Shown: one piece after another, positions 27,785 to 38,890 of the stretch
Numbering within the stretch: the first letter of the stretch is position 1
Layout: each line of letters opens with the position of its first letter
Origin: Eledone cirrhosa
Taxonomy: Eukaryota
Direction: 5' to 3'
Assembly (NCBI GenBank): GCA_964016885.1
Contig: OZ024740.1
Coordinates: 98,394,001 to 98,458,000 of the forward strand
DNA length: 64,000 nt
Position numbers and translations under genes: made by a program
Notes under the pieces: model-generated
Told to the model about the DNA's origin: nothing
Databases searched by the model: none
Seen by the model: only the letters and a program-made list of their open reading frames with translations

Positions 27785-28321
27785 AGTTCTTGGGTCAACA
27801 CAAACATAATGATCTCTGATGATTTTAGTGAAGTTTAATCTGTTGAAAGCAGACAGGTCACATTTCTTGTTTGAAAAAAAACTTTCCTACCTTCCTCTAA
27901 CCTCTTTCAGAAGCCTTAAAAAATGAAATGAAGAAATAACTCCTAACCTAATATAGTTATAAAATATTTATATTATCCATTTCAAATCAAAATAGAATAT
28001 GCTTTAAAACACCCCTTTTATTACCATTATTTACAAAAAAAAAAATAAAAATAAAAATAAATAAAATAATGGTAATGAAAGCGATGTTTTAAAGCATATT
28101 CTATTTTGATTTGAAATGGATAATATAAATATTTTATAACTATATTAGGTTAGGAGTTATTTCTTCATTTCATTTTTTAAGGCTTCTGAAAGAGGTTAGA
28201 GGAAGGGAGGAAGGTTTTTTTCTAACAAGAAATGTGACCTGTAGGCTTTCACTGATTAAACTTCATTAAAATCATCAGATATTATTATGTTTGTGTTAAA
28301 CTGGAAATTGACCCAAGAACT
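27785..28321. repeat. Fold-back palindrome, ~250-bp arms with A-rich spacer (MITE-like or pLTR-like)
   Basis: Arms are close to identical over the inner ~200 bp; termini agttcttgggtcaa / ttgacccaagaact. Confidence 0.85.
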
Positions 28322-28610
28322 GTCAATGTAAAAAAAATCTAGATTTCAAAAGTTTCAAAAATAATCAAGAATTTGGCACTGTTGGAGGCTTACCTTATTG
28401 AAGTACCAAGTGATACTCATGAGCGAGTTTGGATATTCTAGAATCTTAATCTTGCTATCATTTGCAGCAATGTCATGAATGTCAGGACTTTTCTCAAATA
28501 TTTTCAGAGGAAAATACCAGCATTATCTATTGTAGTGTATAACTGAGTGTGCATGTCTTCGTATTTTTCTTTTTTCTTCTGACTAACTTTCATTAATTTG
28601 TATCTTTCAT

Positions 28611-28798
28611 GGGCCGTGGATTGGCAGTATCGGTAGAGGGTCAGACGCCATGCTTTGCAGTAAAGAGTTACGGCCCTTCATGGTCTGAGTTCAAATCCCG
28701 CCGAGGTTAACTTTGCCTTTCATCCTTACGGGGTCGATAAAATAAAGTACCAGTAATACACTGGGATAATTGCTGGCCTTGTGCCAAAAGTAGAAACA
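28611..28798 (+). mobile_element. SINE family A, full length, with 19-bp TSD
   Basis: attaatttgtatctttcat at 28592-28610 and 28799-28817. Confidence 0.92.
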
Positions 28799-30724
28799 AT
28801 TAATTTGTATCTTTCATTATCATCATAATATTACTCACCCCTCCTTCATCCTCATCATCACCAATAAGAACAGCAGCAGTTTAATATCCACTTCCCTTGC
28901 TAGCAACAGTCAATAGCAGACTGGGTTAGTACTCAAAGTAAAGGTGCTCATCTCTCTGTGGGCTGAGAGCTTGAACTTCCCGTGCATTCTTGCACCCTGC
29001 TGAGTACTTAGATGCAGCAGTATCCTGCAATTCACTTACATATGACCCTGAGTGCATTTTATTGTGATATCATCACTAGGAAGGCTGTCCAATCTGAAAG
29101 TTAAAGAGTCTACTTAATTCTTTATTTGGCAGGTTTTCTATGGCTAGATTCCTTTCCTATCACCTAAGTTTTCATAATCATATTTACTATATATGTATAT
29201 TGTGTTTATATATTGTGGGGAAAAAATGGAAAGATTTAGTTATATAACTAAGTTATATTATTTAGCTGGTGTTTCAAGCATAACTTTGTTGTTTCTGACA
29301 AAAAATATGAGAGATAGTTTAAATTTAAATATGAATATTTAAAAAAAATAGTGTTGTATAACCAGAATCATTTTCAGGGAATTTGGTATCAAAAGGGACA
29401 TAATTAAATGCCCATACGCTACCATTTTTCATTGAATAAAATAACAAGTGATAGCATGTTTTTCCTAGATGAATAAATTCAGGTTAACCAATTTGACTGT
29501 CATGAGTGATATTTATTACCACAGCTTACTATGGAACCAATGTCATTATTATTGTTTCTTAACCCGAGGTTAGTTTATTTTTTAATCAGTACACTTATGA
29601 TGGAAAACATTTCAGCCATTTCCATTTCATTTCCCGACTACATTAGTCAATGTCTCATGTTTTAAAGCTTTTTCATACCAGCCCACATGAAACCACACCT
29701 AATTTTATGATACAAACCCTTTTTATTTAAAGTGTTCATATTTAAATTTAAACCCTCCATCATAAATTTATGTAAGAATTTTCCTGAAGTTATGCTCCCA
29801 AAACCACCTTAATTATGTGAAAGTTATTTTACAAAATACTACCTTATTCTTGATTATTTGAAAACGATAGGCAATTTTATAAATATGATAGCAAAAGGGT
29901 TAAAGGCAGTAGCATGTATTTTGAAGGAAGTTTCATTGCTAATTGCTTGGTAGGACTGCATGCAGGGACAGAATCCATAGACTTCCCATGTCTTTTGAGA
30001 CTACATTGCTTGATGATGTTGATGTCTTGTTTGAATTGTTGTAAGCGCATTCATTTTGCAGAAAATAGGAGGAGGATGTTGAGAAAGCTGATGATCTGGA
30101 CATTCGTGTCTAAATTAAAATGATCCCTTGCAATTATATATAAGAATGTTTTGTTACGTTATGTTCCGAGTATCAGTTTATAATATGAAAGAATTAGTTG
30201 ATTTACTAGATTCTTCAAAATTCTTGAATATTTTCAAAATTCATATATCTAGGCAATTATTTTTGATGGAAATATAGTCAGGAAAGGATTAAATCATTTA
30301 CATTATTGATGGGAATTTTTATTTGATTGTTTGAGAATTTTCATCAACTAGCTTCTTCATTGTAAATAGCAATGTAACTACATATTGCTCACAATAAATA
30401 TGGATTTATTACAAAATTGATGAGCATTAAAGTTATATAAAAGTGTGGCAGCACCTTTTAAAAAATTACACCAAAATGTCTAACAATTAAATGAAGACAT
30501 ATGCTATTTAATAATTTTGTGTTGCCCATGGTGGTGGATTGGTAGAAAATGAAACAAAATGCTTTATGACATTTAGTTACAATTCTTTACATTCTGAGTT
30601 CAAATACTGCCAAAGCCATCTATCTATCTCACATCTCATCTATCATTCAGTTCCAGTGTCTCTCTTGGACTATATTATCCAATATGTCCTTTTAAAGAAA
30701 GTAGCTGGGGTGCATTGTGGAATA

Positions 30725-30910
30725 TGAATTGGCAGTATCGGTAGAGGGTCAGATATGCTTTCCAGCATAGTTACGTCCTTTTACGATCTGAGTTCAAATC
30801 CTGCCATGGTTAACTTTGCCTTTCATCCTTACGGGGTCGATAAAATAAAGTACCAGTAATGTACTAGGTAATTGCTGGCATTGTGCCAAAAGTAGAAACA
30901 ATTATTATTA
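30725..30910 (+). mobile_element. SINE family A
   Basis: Matches the family consensus; (ATT)n tail. Confidence 0.88.
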
Positions 30911-31588
30911 TTTTTATTGCTTGAAAATGTGGTCTGATGTCATTCTGTAATAAATCAATATAATGTTTAGAAAAGGTAGAATTTATTCATGATTAGTGGG
31001 TTATGGAATTTTAAGGATTTAATTTCTACATTGCCATTGAAGTTTTAGCTCTTCTGAGATAGTTTTGGTCTTCTGAGATTTGAATGATTATCAGAGAAAG
31101 ATCTCATTTTGATATTACTTGAGGTTTGAAGTGTATGATGAATCCCAATATATCTGATGACATTTTAAATACATGCATACATGTGCATATACATAAATAC
31201 ACACATATATACACACATACATACACACTTGCATACATACAGACCTACATACATACAGACAAGCATGCAAGCATATATACGTAGAAACATACATACATGA
31301 ATACATACACACACACATACATATATACATATGTACAAACACATATATATATATACATACATGCATGCATATATACACACACACATGCACACACACACAC
31401 ACACATACATAGATACATACATACACATGTGTATATACAGACATATTATTTGAGTCTTGAAGTATTAGAAGAATCATAATTTATCTGATGGCATTTTAAA
31501 TACATTACATACATCATCATCACTATTAACACTTTACACACGCTTTTCTATGCTTGTATGGGTTGCACATATTGGTATAGACCAAATC

Positions 31589-31621
<33 letters not shown>

Positions 31622-32221
31622 GATATACATATGCATATATAAATGCATGTATGTATGCATATATATATATATATATATATTGTTATACTTGGGGAGGGTC
31701 ATATTTGCGTAATATTGCCAGAATTAATAACAGAACACACTCACTGTTTGGTTGGTTTTTCGCTTCTCGCTGTCTTTTATTATATCTGCGATCTAACTTA
31801 CTCGGTCCTCAATGTTGCCATTGACTGACCGGCGGTCAAAAATAATACAGATACAATATAGACACAAACACACATATATATATATATAGTTTACATAATT
31901 TACATAAATCTTTCGTTGCACATCTGCAACATCGTCAGTGGTGTTATATTCATTGTTCCTCCTGTTGTGTTGTATGTCTACGCCATTTTTTTTATTCAGT
32001 CTGTCTATATATTTATTTATTTATTTGCTTGTTTGTTTATCTTATTTTATTTTGTCTTCTTTGCGCATGCGTTTGCGTGTGTGTATAGTGTTATGTGTGA
32101 TGTGTGACTAGTGTGTATAGTGTTGTGTCTGCTGGGTGACTAGTGTGTGTTTATGTGCTTGTTGTTATTGTTCTTGTGTATGTATTTATTTATCTTATTT
32201 TATTTAATTTTATTTACTTAT

Positions 32222-33180
32222 TTATACTTCTCTTAGGTCAGTGTTGTTTGTTTGGGTGTTGTTGTCGTTCCACTCATTCTTTCTGTTTAGCTTTGGTCTT
32301 CTAATTTCTATTTCACTGGCCTCTCTGATTTGCCTATCTGCTGGGTCATTCCTATGTTTAGATATTATTCTAATTTCTATGTTGTCTATGTTACCGTCAT
32401 GTTGTTGTCTAGCATGTTCGTATAGTACTGACCCGTTTTTTCGTCCTTTTAGTTCACCCCAGTGTTGGTCTATCCTTTCACCTATGCTACGAGCTGTCTC
32501 ACCTATGTATGTTGTTGTCATGTTTCTGCAAGTACCCTCTGTACATCTTATGCTATAGACTACGTTTCTAGTTTTACAGTTTATCCGGGGGTTCACCTTA
32601 CATATGATACACTTCCTATTGGTACAGTGGGTTTTCTTAAAAGGGTAGGTTTTGCTGATCAGGGATTTTATGGTGGTTCCTGGCTTTTCTACCACCTTTA
32701 TTTTTAAGTGGGTCTTTCTCAGGGCCTTTCTACACTGGTTAGCTAATTTCCCTCCAGGGGTGGCGTCCACAAACATGACACTCTGATATCTCTGGTTGTC
32801 GTACCATGATGTGGCCTTCCCTATCTTATGTCTAGCCCTATCTAAGCTATTCCATGATTTGCTCCTGTATAGTGGGCAGATTCCTTTCATGTCCAGTTCT
32901 ATGAGGGTCTTATACTTTTCCATGGCTCCTTCGTATACTCTGACTCTGTCTCTTTGGTTGTAGCCAGAGAACTGCATGCGGTTGATGAAGTGTTGGATGT
33001 GTCCTTCCATTTCTGTTGGGTCGCACATGCTGGACACATTCTTCATCACTCGTACCAAATCTGCGATCAGAATATTAAACTTAGCACTACTGGACATTGC
33101 TGAGTTTTTGAGTATCAGGTATTTGGAGGCCATGGGTTTAGCATAGTGTGAGTGGAGAATTTGGGCTCTCTCGTCTATAG
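32222..33180 (-). pseudogene. Inverted duplicate of the PLE thumb + GIY-YIG region
   Basis: From IDERAQ onward the 354-aa ORF matches the C-terminus of the 663-aa ORF except for three substitutions; its N-terminal ~37 aa are antisense junction sequence. Confidence 0.9.
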
Positions 33181-33383
33181 GGAGAAAACCTGTAGAAGGC
33201 TTGGTTAGCCTCAAGCAGCGCACAAGGGATGGTGAGGTAGTGTGCCTACCCACAGATAAGTCTGGTAGGATGTCAATAGATAGCATGCCGAACTACATCG
33301 AGGCAATGCAACCCCACATCACCAACACGAGCGAAGTTGCATAACTAACACACGATGGGAGAGAAAAAATCCTCAACGCTCAC

Positions 33384-35375
33384 ATGAGGATGTGGACTGA
33401 CATCCTAAAGCCAAGCAGACGCACTGCCAACAACTTCCAGGCGTCTAACAATGGCATACCACCCTTGTATGGGCTCCGCAAAGACCACAAGACAGTCGAC
33501 GACCCGACAACAGGACCACCAACAAGACCCGTATGCGGAGCTAATATAGCTAGCAACTACAGGATCTCCTACTTCCTCTCAATGGTTATACGCCCCATAA
33601 TCAAGATGTCCCCAGATGTATGTGAAAGTACAGAGGACCTCCTCAGCAGAATCAGTGAGTGCAACAAAAACAGGAGCCTATCCAACTGCATAATAGGCAG
33701 CATGGATGTAGTGTCACTGTACCCATCCATTAACATTGATTTTTCTGTGAAAAGATGTGTGGAGATGATCATTGAGAGTGAGGTGGAGTTCTGCGACGTC
33801 GACACAGACGAACTGGGCCTCCTACTTAGACTTACCTACGACACTGACTACCTAGACAGCCATGACCTTAGATGTTTCTGCCCTAGTAGACCTATAAGAG
33901 GTAGACCCCCCACCATAACCTCAATGGCTAAAAGGACTCCCATAGGAAGGTGGATTGGGTGGACCAAAGCCATACGGACCCCCCAAAACACTGATCAGGT
34001 AAGAAAAATGGTCGCACATGCAATAGGGGCTAGTATCAAAACTACACTAAAGGGCCACATATTTAAGTTCAATGAGAAAATCTACACCCAAAATGAGGGA
34101 GCAGCCATCGGCGTCAGCATAGCTGGTGATGTTGCCAACCTTTTCATGGTATGGTGGGAAAGGAGACTTAAAGATCTCCTTAATGAAAGCTCCATAGACC
34201 TCATCATGTACTCTCGTTATGTAGATGATATCAATATAGTTATAAGAACACCCCCACTAGAGAGCACTAACAAGTTTGATTTAGAACGTAGCACGATGGA
34301 AAGCATCCAGCAGATAGCTAATTCCATACACCAGAGTATAACTGTAACTATAGACTTCCCTTCCAAACACCCTAACAATAGACTACCTGTATTAGACACA
34401 GAACTCTGGATTAACACTATAGACGAGAGAGCCCAAATTCTCCACTCACACTATGCTAAACCCATGGCCTCCAAATACCTGATACTCAAAAACTCAGCAA
34501 TGTCCAGTAGTGCTAAGTTTAATATTCTGATCGCAGATTTGGTACGAGTGATGAAGAATGTGTCCAGCATGTGCGACCCAACAGAAATGGAAGGACACAT
34601 CCAACACTTCATCAACCGCATGCAGTTCTCTGGCTACAACCAAAGAGACAGAGTCAGAGTATACGAAGGAGCCATGGAAAAGTATAAGACCCTCATAGAA
34701 CTGGACATGAAAGGAATCTGCCCACTATACAGGAGCAAATCATGGAATAGCTTAGATAGGGCTAGACATAAGATAGGGAAGGCCACATCATGGTACGACA
34801 ACCAGAGATATCAGAGTGTCATGTTTGTGGACGCCACCCCTGGAGGGAAATTAGCTAACCAGTGTAGAAAGGCCCTGAGAAAGACCCACTTAAAAATAAA
34901 GGTGGTAGAAAAGCCAGGAACCACCATAAAATCCCTGATCAGCAAAACCTACCCTTTTAAGAAAACCCACTGTACCAATAGGAAGTGTATCATATGTAAG
35001 GTGAACCCCCGGATAAACTGTAAAACTAGAAACGTAGTCTATAGCATAAGATGTACAGAGGGTACTTGCAGAAACATGACAACAACATACATAGGTGAGA
35101 CAGCTCGTAGCATAGGTGAAAGGATACACCAACACTGGGGGGAACTAAAAGGACGAAAAAACGGGTCAGTACTATACGAACATGCTAGACAACAACATGA
35201 CGGTAACATACACAACATAGAAATTAGAATAATATCTAAACATAGGAATGACCCAGCAGATAGGCAAATCAGAGAGGCCAGTGAAATAGAAATTAGAAGA
35301 CCAAAGCTAAACAGAAAGAATGAGTGGAACAACAACAACACCCAAACAAACAACACTGACCTAAGAGAAGTATAA
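33384..35375 (+). CDS. PLE reverse transcriptase + GIY-YIG endonuclease (663 aa; 5'-truncated)
   Basis: LYGLRKDHK, TRPVC, SMDVVSLYPSI, QNEGAAIG, RYVDD, LPVLD, CxxC linker, NVVYSIRC...YIGET.RS..ER..QH, REA..I..LN; the same frame continues upstream to 33180 (TDKSG motif) through one TAA at 33342. Confidence 0.93.
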   Translation: MRMWTDILKPSRRTANNFQASNNGIPPLYGLRKDHKTVDDPTTGPPTRPVCGANIASNYRISYFLSMVIRPIIKMSPDVCESTEDLLSRISECNKNRSLSNCIIGSMDVVSLYPSINIDFSVKRCVEMIIESEVEFCDVDTDELGLLLRLTYDTDYLDSHDLRCFCPSRPIRGRPPTITSMAKRTPIGRWIGWTKAIRTPQNTDQVRKMVAHAIGASIKTTLKGHIFKFNEKIYTQNEGAAIGVSIAGDVANLFMVWWERRLKDLLNESSIDLIMYSRYVDDINIVIRTPPLESTNKFDLERSTMESIQQIANSIHQSITVTIDFPSKHPNNRLPVLDTELWINTIDERAQILHSHYAKPMASKYLILKNSAMSSSAKFNILIADLVRVMKNVSSMCDPTEMEGHIQHFINRMQFSGYNQRDRVRVYEGAMEKYKTLIELDMKGICPLYRSKSWNSLDRARHKIGKATSWYDNQRYQSVMFVDATPGGKLANQCRKALRKTHLKIKVVEKPGTTIKSLISKTYPFKKTHCTNRKCIICKVNPRINCKTRNVVYSIRCTEGTCRNMTTTYIGETARSIGERIHQHWGELKGRKNGSVLYEHARQQHDGNIHNIEIRIISKHRNDPADRQIREASEIEIRRPKLNRKNEWNNNNTQTNNTDLREV

Positions 35376-35648
35376 ATAAGTAAATAAAATTAAATAAAAT
35401 AAGATAAATAAATACATACACAAGAACAATAACAACAAGCACATAAACACACACTAGTCACCCAGCAGACACAACACTATACACACTAGTCACACATCAC
35501 ACATAACACTATACACACACGCAAACGCATGCGCAAAGAAGACAAAATAAAATAAGATAAACAAACAAGCAAATAAATAAATAAATATATAGACAGACTG
35601 AATAAAAAAAAATGGCGTAGACATACAACACAACAGGAGGAACAATGA

Positions 35649-35705
35649 ATATGACACCACTGACGATGTTGCAGATGTGCAACGAAAGATTTATGTAAAT
35701 TATGT
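35649..35705 (+). ncRNA. Hammerhead motif in the PLE 3' pLTR (mirror copy at 31893-31949, minus)
   Basis: CA-CTGACGA(35660)-T-GTTGCA(GATG)TGCAAC-GAAA-GAT-TTA^TG; perfect 6-bp stem II, weak stems I and III. Confidence 0.6.
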
Positions 35706-35959
35706 AAACTATATATATATATATATGTGTTTGTGTCTATATTGTATCTGTATTATTTTTGACCGCCGGTCAGTCAATGGCAACATTGAGGACCGAGTAA
35801 GTTAGATCGCAGATATAATAAAAGACAGCGAGAAGCGAAAAACCAACCAAACAGTGAGTGTGTTCTGTTATTAATTCTGGCAATATTACGCAAATATGAC
35901 CCTCCCCAAGTATAACAATATCTGTTTCGACACACGATTTCATATAAAAAACCCCGCAA

Positions 35960-36042
<83 letters not shown>

Positions 36043-36108
36043 GAAGAGAGAAGAAACATTTAGATATAATTAGTAATAAAATGTATCATACCTAAACTGT
36101 TCCTAAAT

Positions 36109-36196
36109 TCCTCGACTACGTAGTTTCGTGGCATAAACAAAAACAATATATCAAAGATATAGAGTCCTTGCGAGGTCTGCCGACTTATCAAGAGGA
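36109..36196 (-). ncRNA. Type I hammerhead ribozyme, U3-A8 variant (copy 1 of 5)
   Basis: Minus strand: TCCTC-TTGATAA-GT(C)GGCA...TGCCAC-GAAAC-TACGTA-GTC^GAGGA. Confidence 0.8.
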
Positions 36197-36699
36197 TACC
36201 TCATTTTACTAGTCTCAAGAACGCGTCTACACGACGTGAGAAAGAATCCCAAAAGGCGGAGGGGGAGATAGTCACGCGATATAACGGTCGAGAAACAGAG
36301 CAAAGCCTCTTATAACCACGAAGAATATACCACGGAGGCGGAGGGGGTATTCATATCGAGGCCGTAGAAGAGGTAGTGAAGGAGGCGAGAAGTATGAGTA
36401 ATGGAAGCTTTCCAGTTGTCCCCACACTTCAAAGATTGCTCGACCAGAGGGAGTTATTAATACATTTAGAAACACACAGATACATGCGGACACACACATA
36501 TATACATGAATGCATCCGCACCCAACTGTGAGTTAAGGGTGCCAACTTCACCGATGTTGCTCAATGAATGACTGGGACAGACCAATTCAGTTTGAACCAG
36601 ACTGAACCAGTATCAGAGTTAAAAATACATTATGAAGAGAGAAGAAACATTTAGATATAATTAGTAATAAAATGTATCATACCTAAACTGTTCCTAAAT

Positions 36700-36787
36700 T
36701 CCTCGACTACGTAGTTTCGTGGCATAAACAAAAACAATATATCAAAGATATAGTGTCCTTGCGAGGTCTGCCGACTTATCAAGAGGA
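36700..36787 (-). ncRNA. Type I hammerhead ribozyme, U3-A8 variant (copy 2)
   Basis: Core and stems identical to copy 1, offset +591. Confidence 0.8.
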
Positions 36788-37290
36788 TACCTCATTTTAC
36801 TAGTCTCAAGAACGCGTCTACACGACGTGAGAAAGAATCCCAAAAGGCGGAGGGGGAGATAGTCACGCGATATAACGGTCGAGAAACAGAGCAAAGCCTC
36901 TTATAACCACGAAGAAAATACCACGGAGGCGGAGGGGGTATTCATATCGAGGCCGTAGAAGAGGTAGTGAAGGAGGCGAGAAGTATGAGTAATGGAAGCT
37001 TTCCAGTTGTCCCCACACTTCAAAGATTGCTCGACCAGAGGGAGTTATTAATACATTTAGAAACACACAGATACATGCGGACACACACATATATACATGA
37101 ATGCATCCGCACCCAACTGTGAGTTAAGGGTGCCAACTTCACCGATGTTGCTCAATGAATGACTGGGACAGACCAATTCAGTTTGAACCAGACTGAACCA
37201 GTATCAGAGTTAAAAATACATTATGAAGAGAGAAGAAACATTTAGATATAATTAGTAATAAAATGTATCATACCTAAACTGTTCCTAAAT

Positions 37291-37378
37291 TCCTCGACTA
37301 CGTAGTTTCGTGGCATAAACAAAAACAATATATCAAAGATATAGAGTCCTTGCGAGGTCTGCCGACTTATCAAGAGGA
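37291..37378 (-). ncRNA. Type I hammerhead ribozyme, U3-A8 variant (copy 3)
   Basis: Core and stems identical to copy 1, offset +1182. Confidence 0.8.
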
Positions 37379-37881
37379 TACCTCATTTTACTAGTCTCAA
37401 GAACGCGTCTACACGACGTGAGAAAGAATCCCAAAAGGCGGAGGGGGAGATAGTCACGCGATATAACGGTCGAGAAACAGAGCAAAGCCTCTTATAACCA
37501 CGAAGAAAATACCACGGAGGCGGAGGGGGTATTCATATCGAGGCCGTAGAAGAGGTAGTGAAGGAGGCGAGAAGTATGAGTAATGGAAGCTTTCCAGTTG
37601 TCCCCACACTTCAAAGATTGCTCGACCAGAGGGAGTTATTAATACATTTAGAAACACACAGATACATGCGGACACACACATATATACATGAATGCATCCG
37701 CACCCAACTGTGAGTTAAGGGTGCCAACTTCACCGATGTTGCTCAATGAATGACTGGGACAGACCAATTCAGTTTGAACCAGACTGAACCAGTATCAGAG
37801 TTAAAAATACATTATGAAGAGAGAAGAAACATTTAGATATAATTAGTAATAAAATGTATCATACCTAAACTGTTCCTAAAT

Positions 37882-37969
37882 TCCTCGACTACGTAGTTTC
37901 GTGGCATAAACAAAAACAATATATCAAAGATATAGTGTCCTTGCGAGGTCTGCCGACTTATCAAGAGGA
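37882..37969 (-). ncRNA. Type I hammerhead ribozyme, U3-A8 variant (copy 4)
   Basis: Core and stems identical to copy 1, offset +1773. Confidence 0.8.
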
Positions 37970-38472
37970 TACCTCATTTTACTAGTCTCAAGAACGCGTC
38001 TACACGACGTGAGAAAGAATCCCAAAAGGCGGAGGGGGAGATAGTCACGCGATATAACGGTCGAGAAACAGAGCAAAGCCTCTTATAACCACGAAGAAAA
38101 TACCACGGAGGCGGAGGGGGTATTCATATCGAGGCCGTAGAAGAGGTAGTGAAGGAGGCGAGAAGTATGAGTAATGGAAGCTTTCCAGTTGTCCCCACAC
38201 TTCAAAGATTGCTCGACCAGAGGGAGTTATTAATACATTTAGAAACACACAGATACATGCGGACACACACATATATACATGAATGCATCCGCACCCAACT
38301 GTGAGTTAAGGGTGCCAACTTCACCGATGTTGCTCAATGAATGACTGGGACAGACCAATTCAGTTTGAACCAGACTGAACCAGTATCAGAGTTAAAAATA
38401 CATTATGAAGAGAGAAGAAACATTTAGATATAATTAATAATAAAATGTATCATACCTAAACTGTTCCTAAAT

Positions 38473-38560
38473 TCCTCGACTACGTAGTTTCGTGGCATAA
38501 ACAAAAACAATATATCAAAGATATAGAGTCCTTGCGAGGTCTGCCGACTTATCAAGAGGA
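38473..38560 (-). ncRNA. Type I hammerhead ribozyme, U3-A8 variant (copy 5)
   Basis: Core and stems identical to copy 1, offset +2364. Confidence 0.8.
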
Positions 38561-38604
38561 TACCTCATTTTACTAGTCTCAAGAACGCGTCTACACGACG
38601 TGAG

Positions 38605-38796
38605 AATGTTTCTTCTCTCTTCATAATGTATTTTTAACTCTGATACTGGTTCAGTCTGGTTCAAACTGAATTGGTCTGTCCCAGTCATTCATTGAGCAAC
38701 ATCGGTGAAGTTGGCACCCTTAACTCACAGTTGGGTGCGGATGCATTCATGTATATATGTGTGTGTCCGCATGTATCTGTGTGTTTCTAAATGTAT
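38605..38796 (+). repeat. Inverted ~190-bp segment of the 591-bp unit capping the array
   Basis: aatgtttcttctctcttcataatgtatttttaactc...tgtttctaaatgtat is the reverse complement of unit sequence ~36460-36651. Confidence 0.93.
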
Positions 38797-38809
38797 ATAT
38801 ATATATATG

Positions 38810-38890
<81 letters not shown>

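Larger units (their letters stand above)
31677..35961 (+). mobile_element. Young Penelope-like element with inverted 5' duplication (31677-33180 = reverse complement of 34417-35921)
   Basis: 1.5-kb arms differ at only a handful of positions; (TA)n on both flanks; 40-nt extra tail at 35922-35961. Confidence 0.95.
36038..38606 (-). repeat. 591-bp tandem array (4 full units + 205-bp partial), HHR-bearing, retrozyme/pLTR-like
   Basis: Units start at 36038, 36629, 37220, 37811 and 38402; only three variable positions noticed. Confidence 0.97.

Noticed and set aside
28340-28530. Possible exon (minus-strand LKIFEKSPD...WYFNK with GTAAGC donor) or hAT remnant on plus
   Set aside because: In-frame TAA just upstream with no acceptor after it; the plus-strand similarity is too weak
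36272-38272. 75-aa ORF repeated four times in the 591-bp array
   Set aside because: No recognisable motif, starts in a (TG)-rich stretch, and its identity simply reflects the repeat; not called as CDS
36038-38606. CRISPR-like interpretation of the regular array
   Set aside because: Whole units are identical with no unique spacers, there are no cas genes, and the context is eukaryotic
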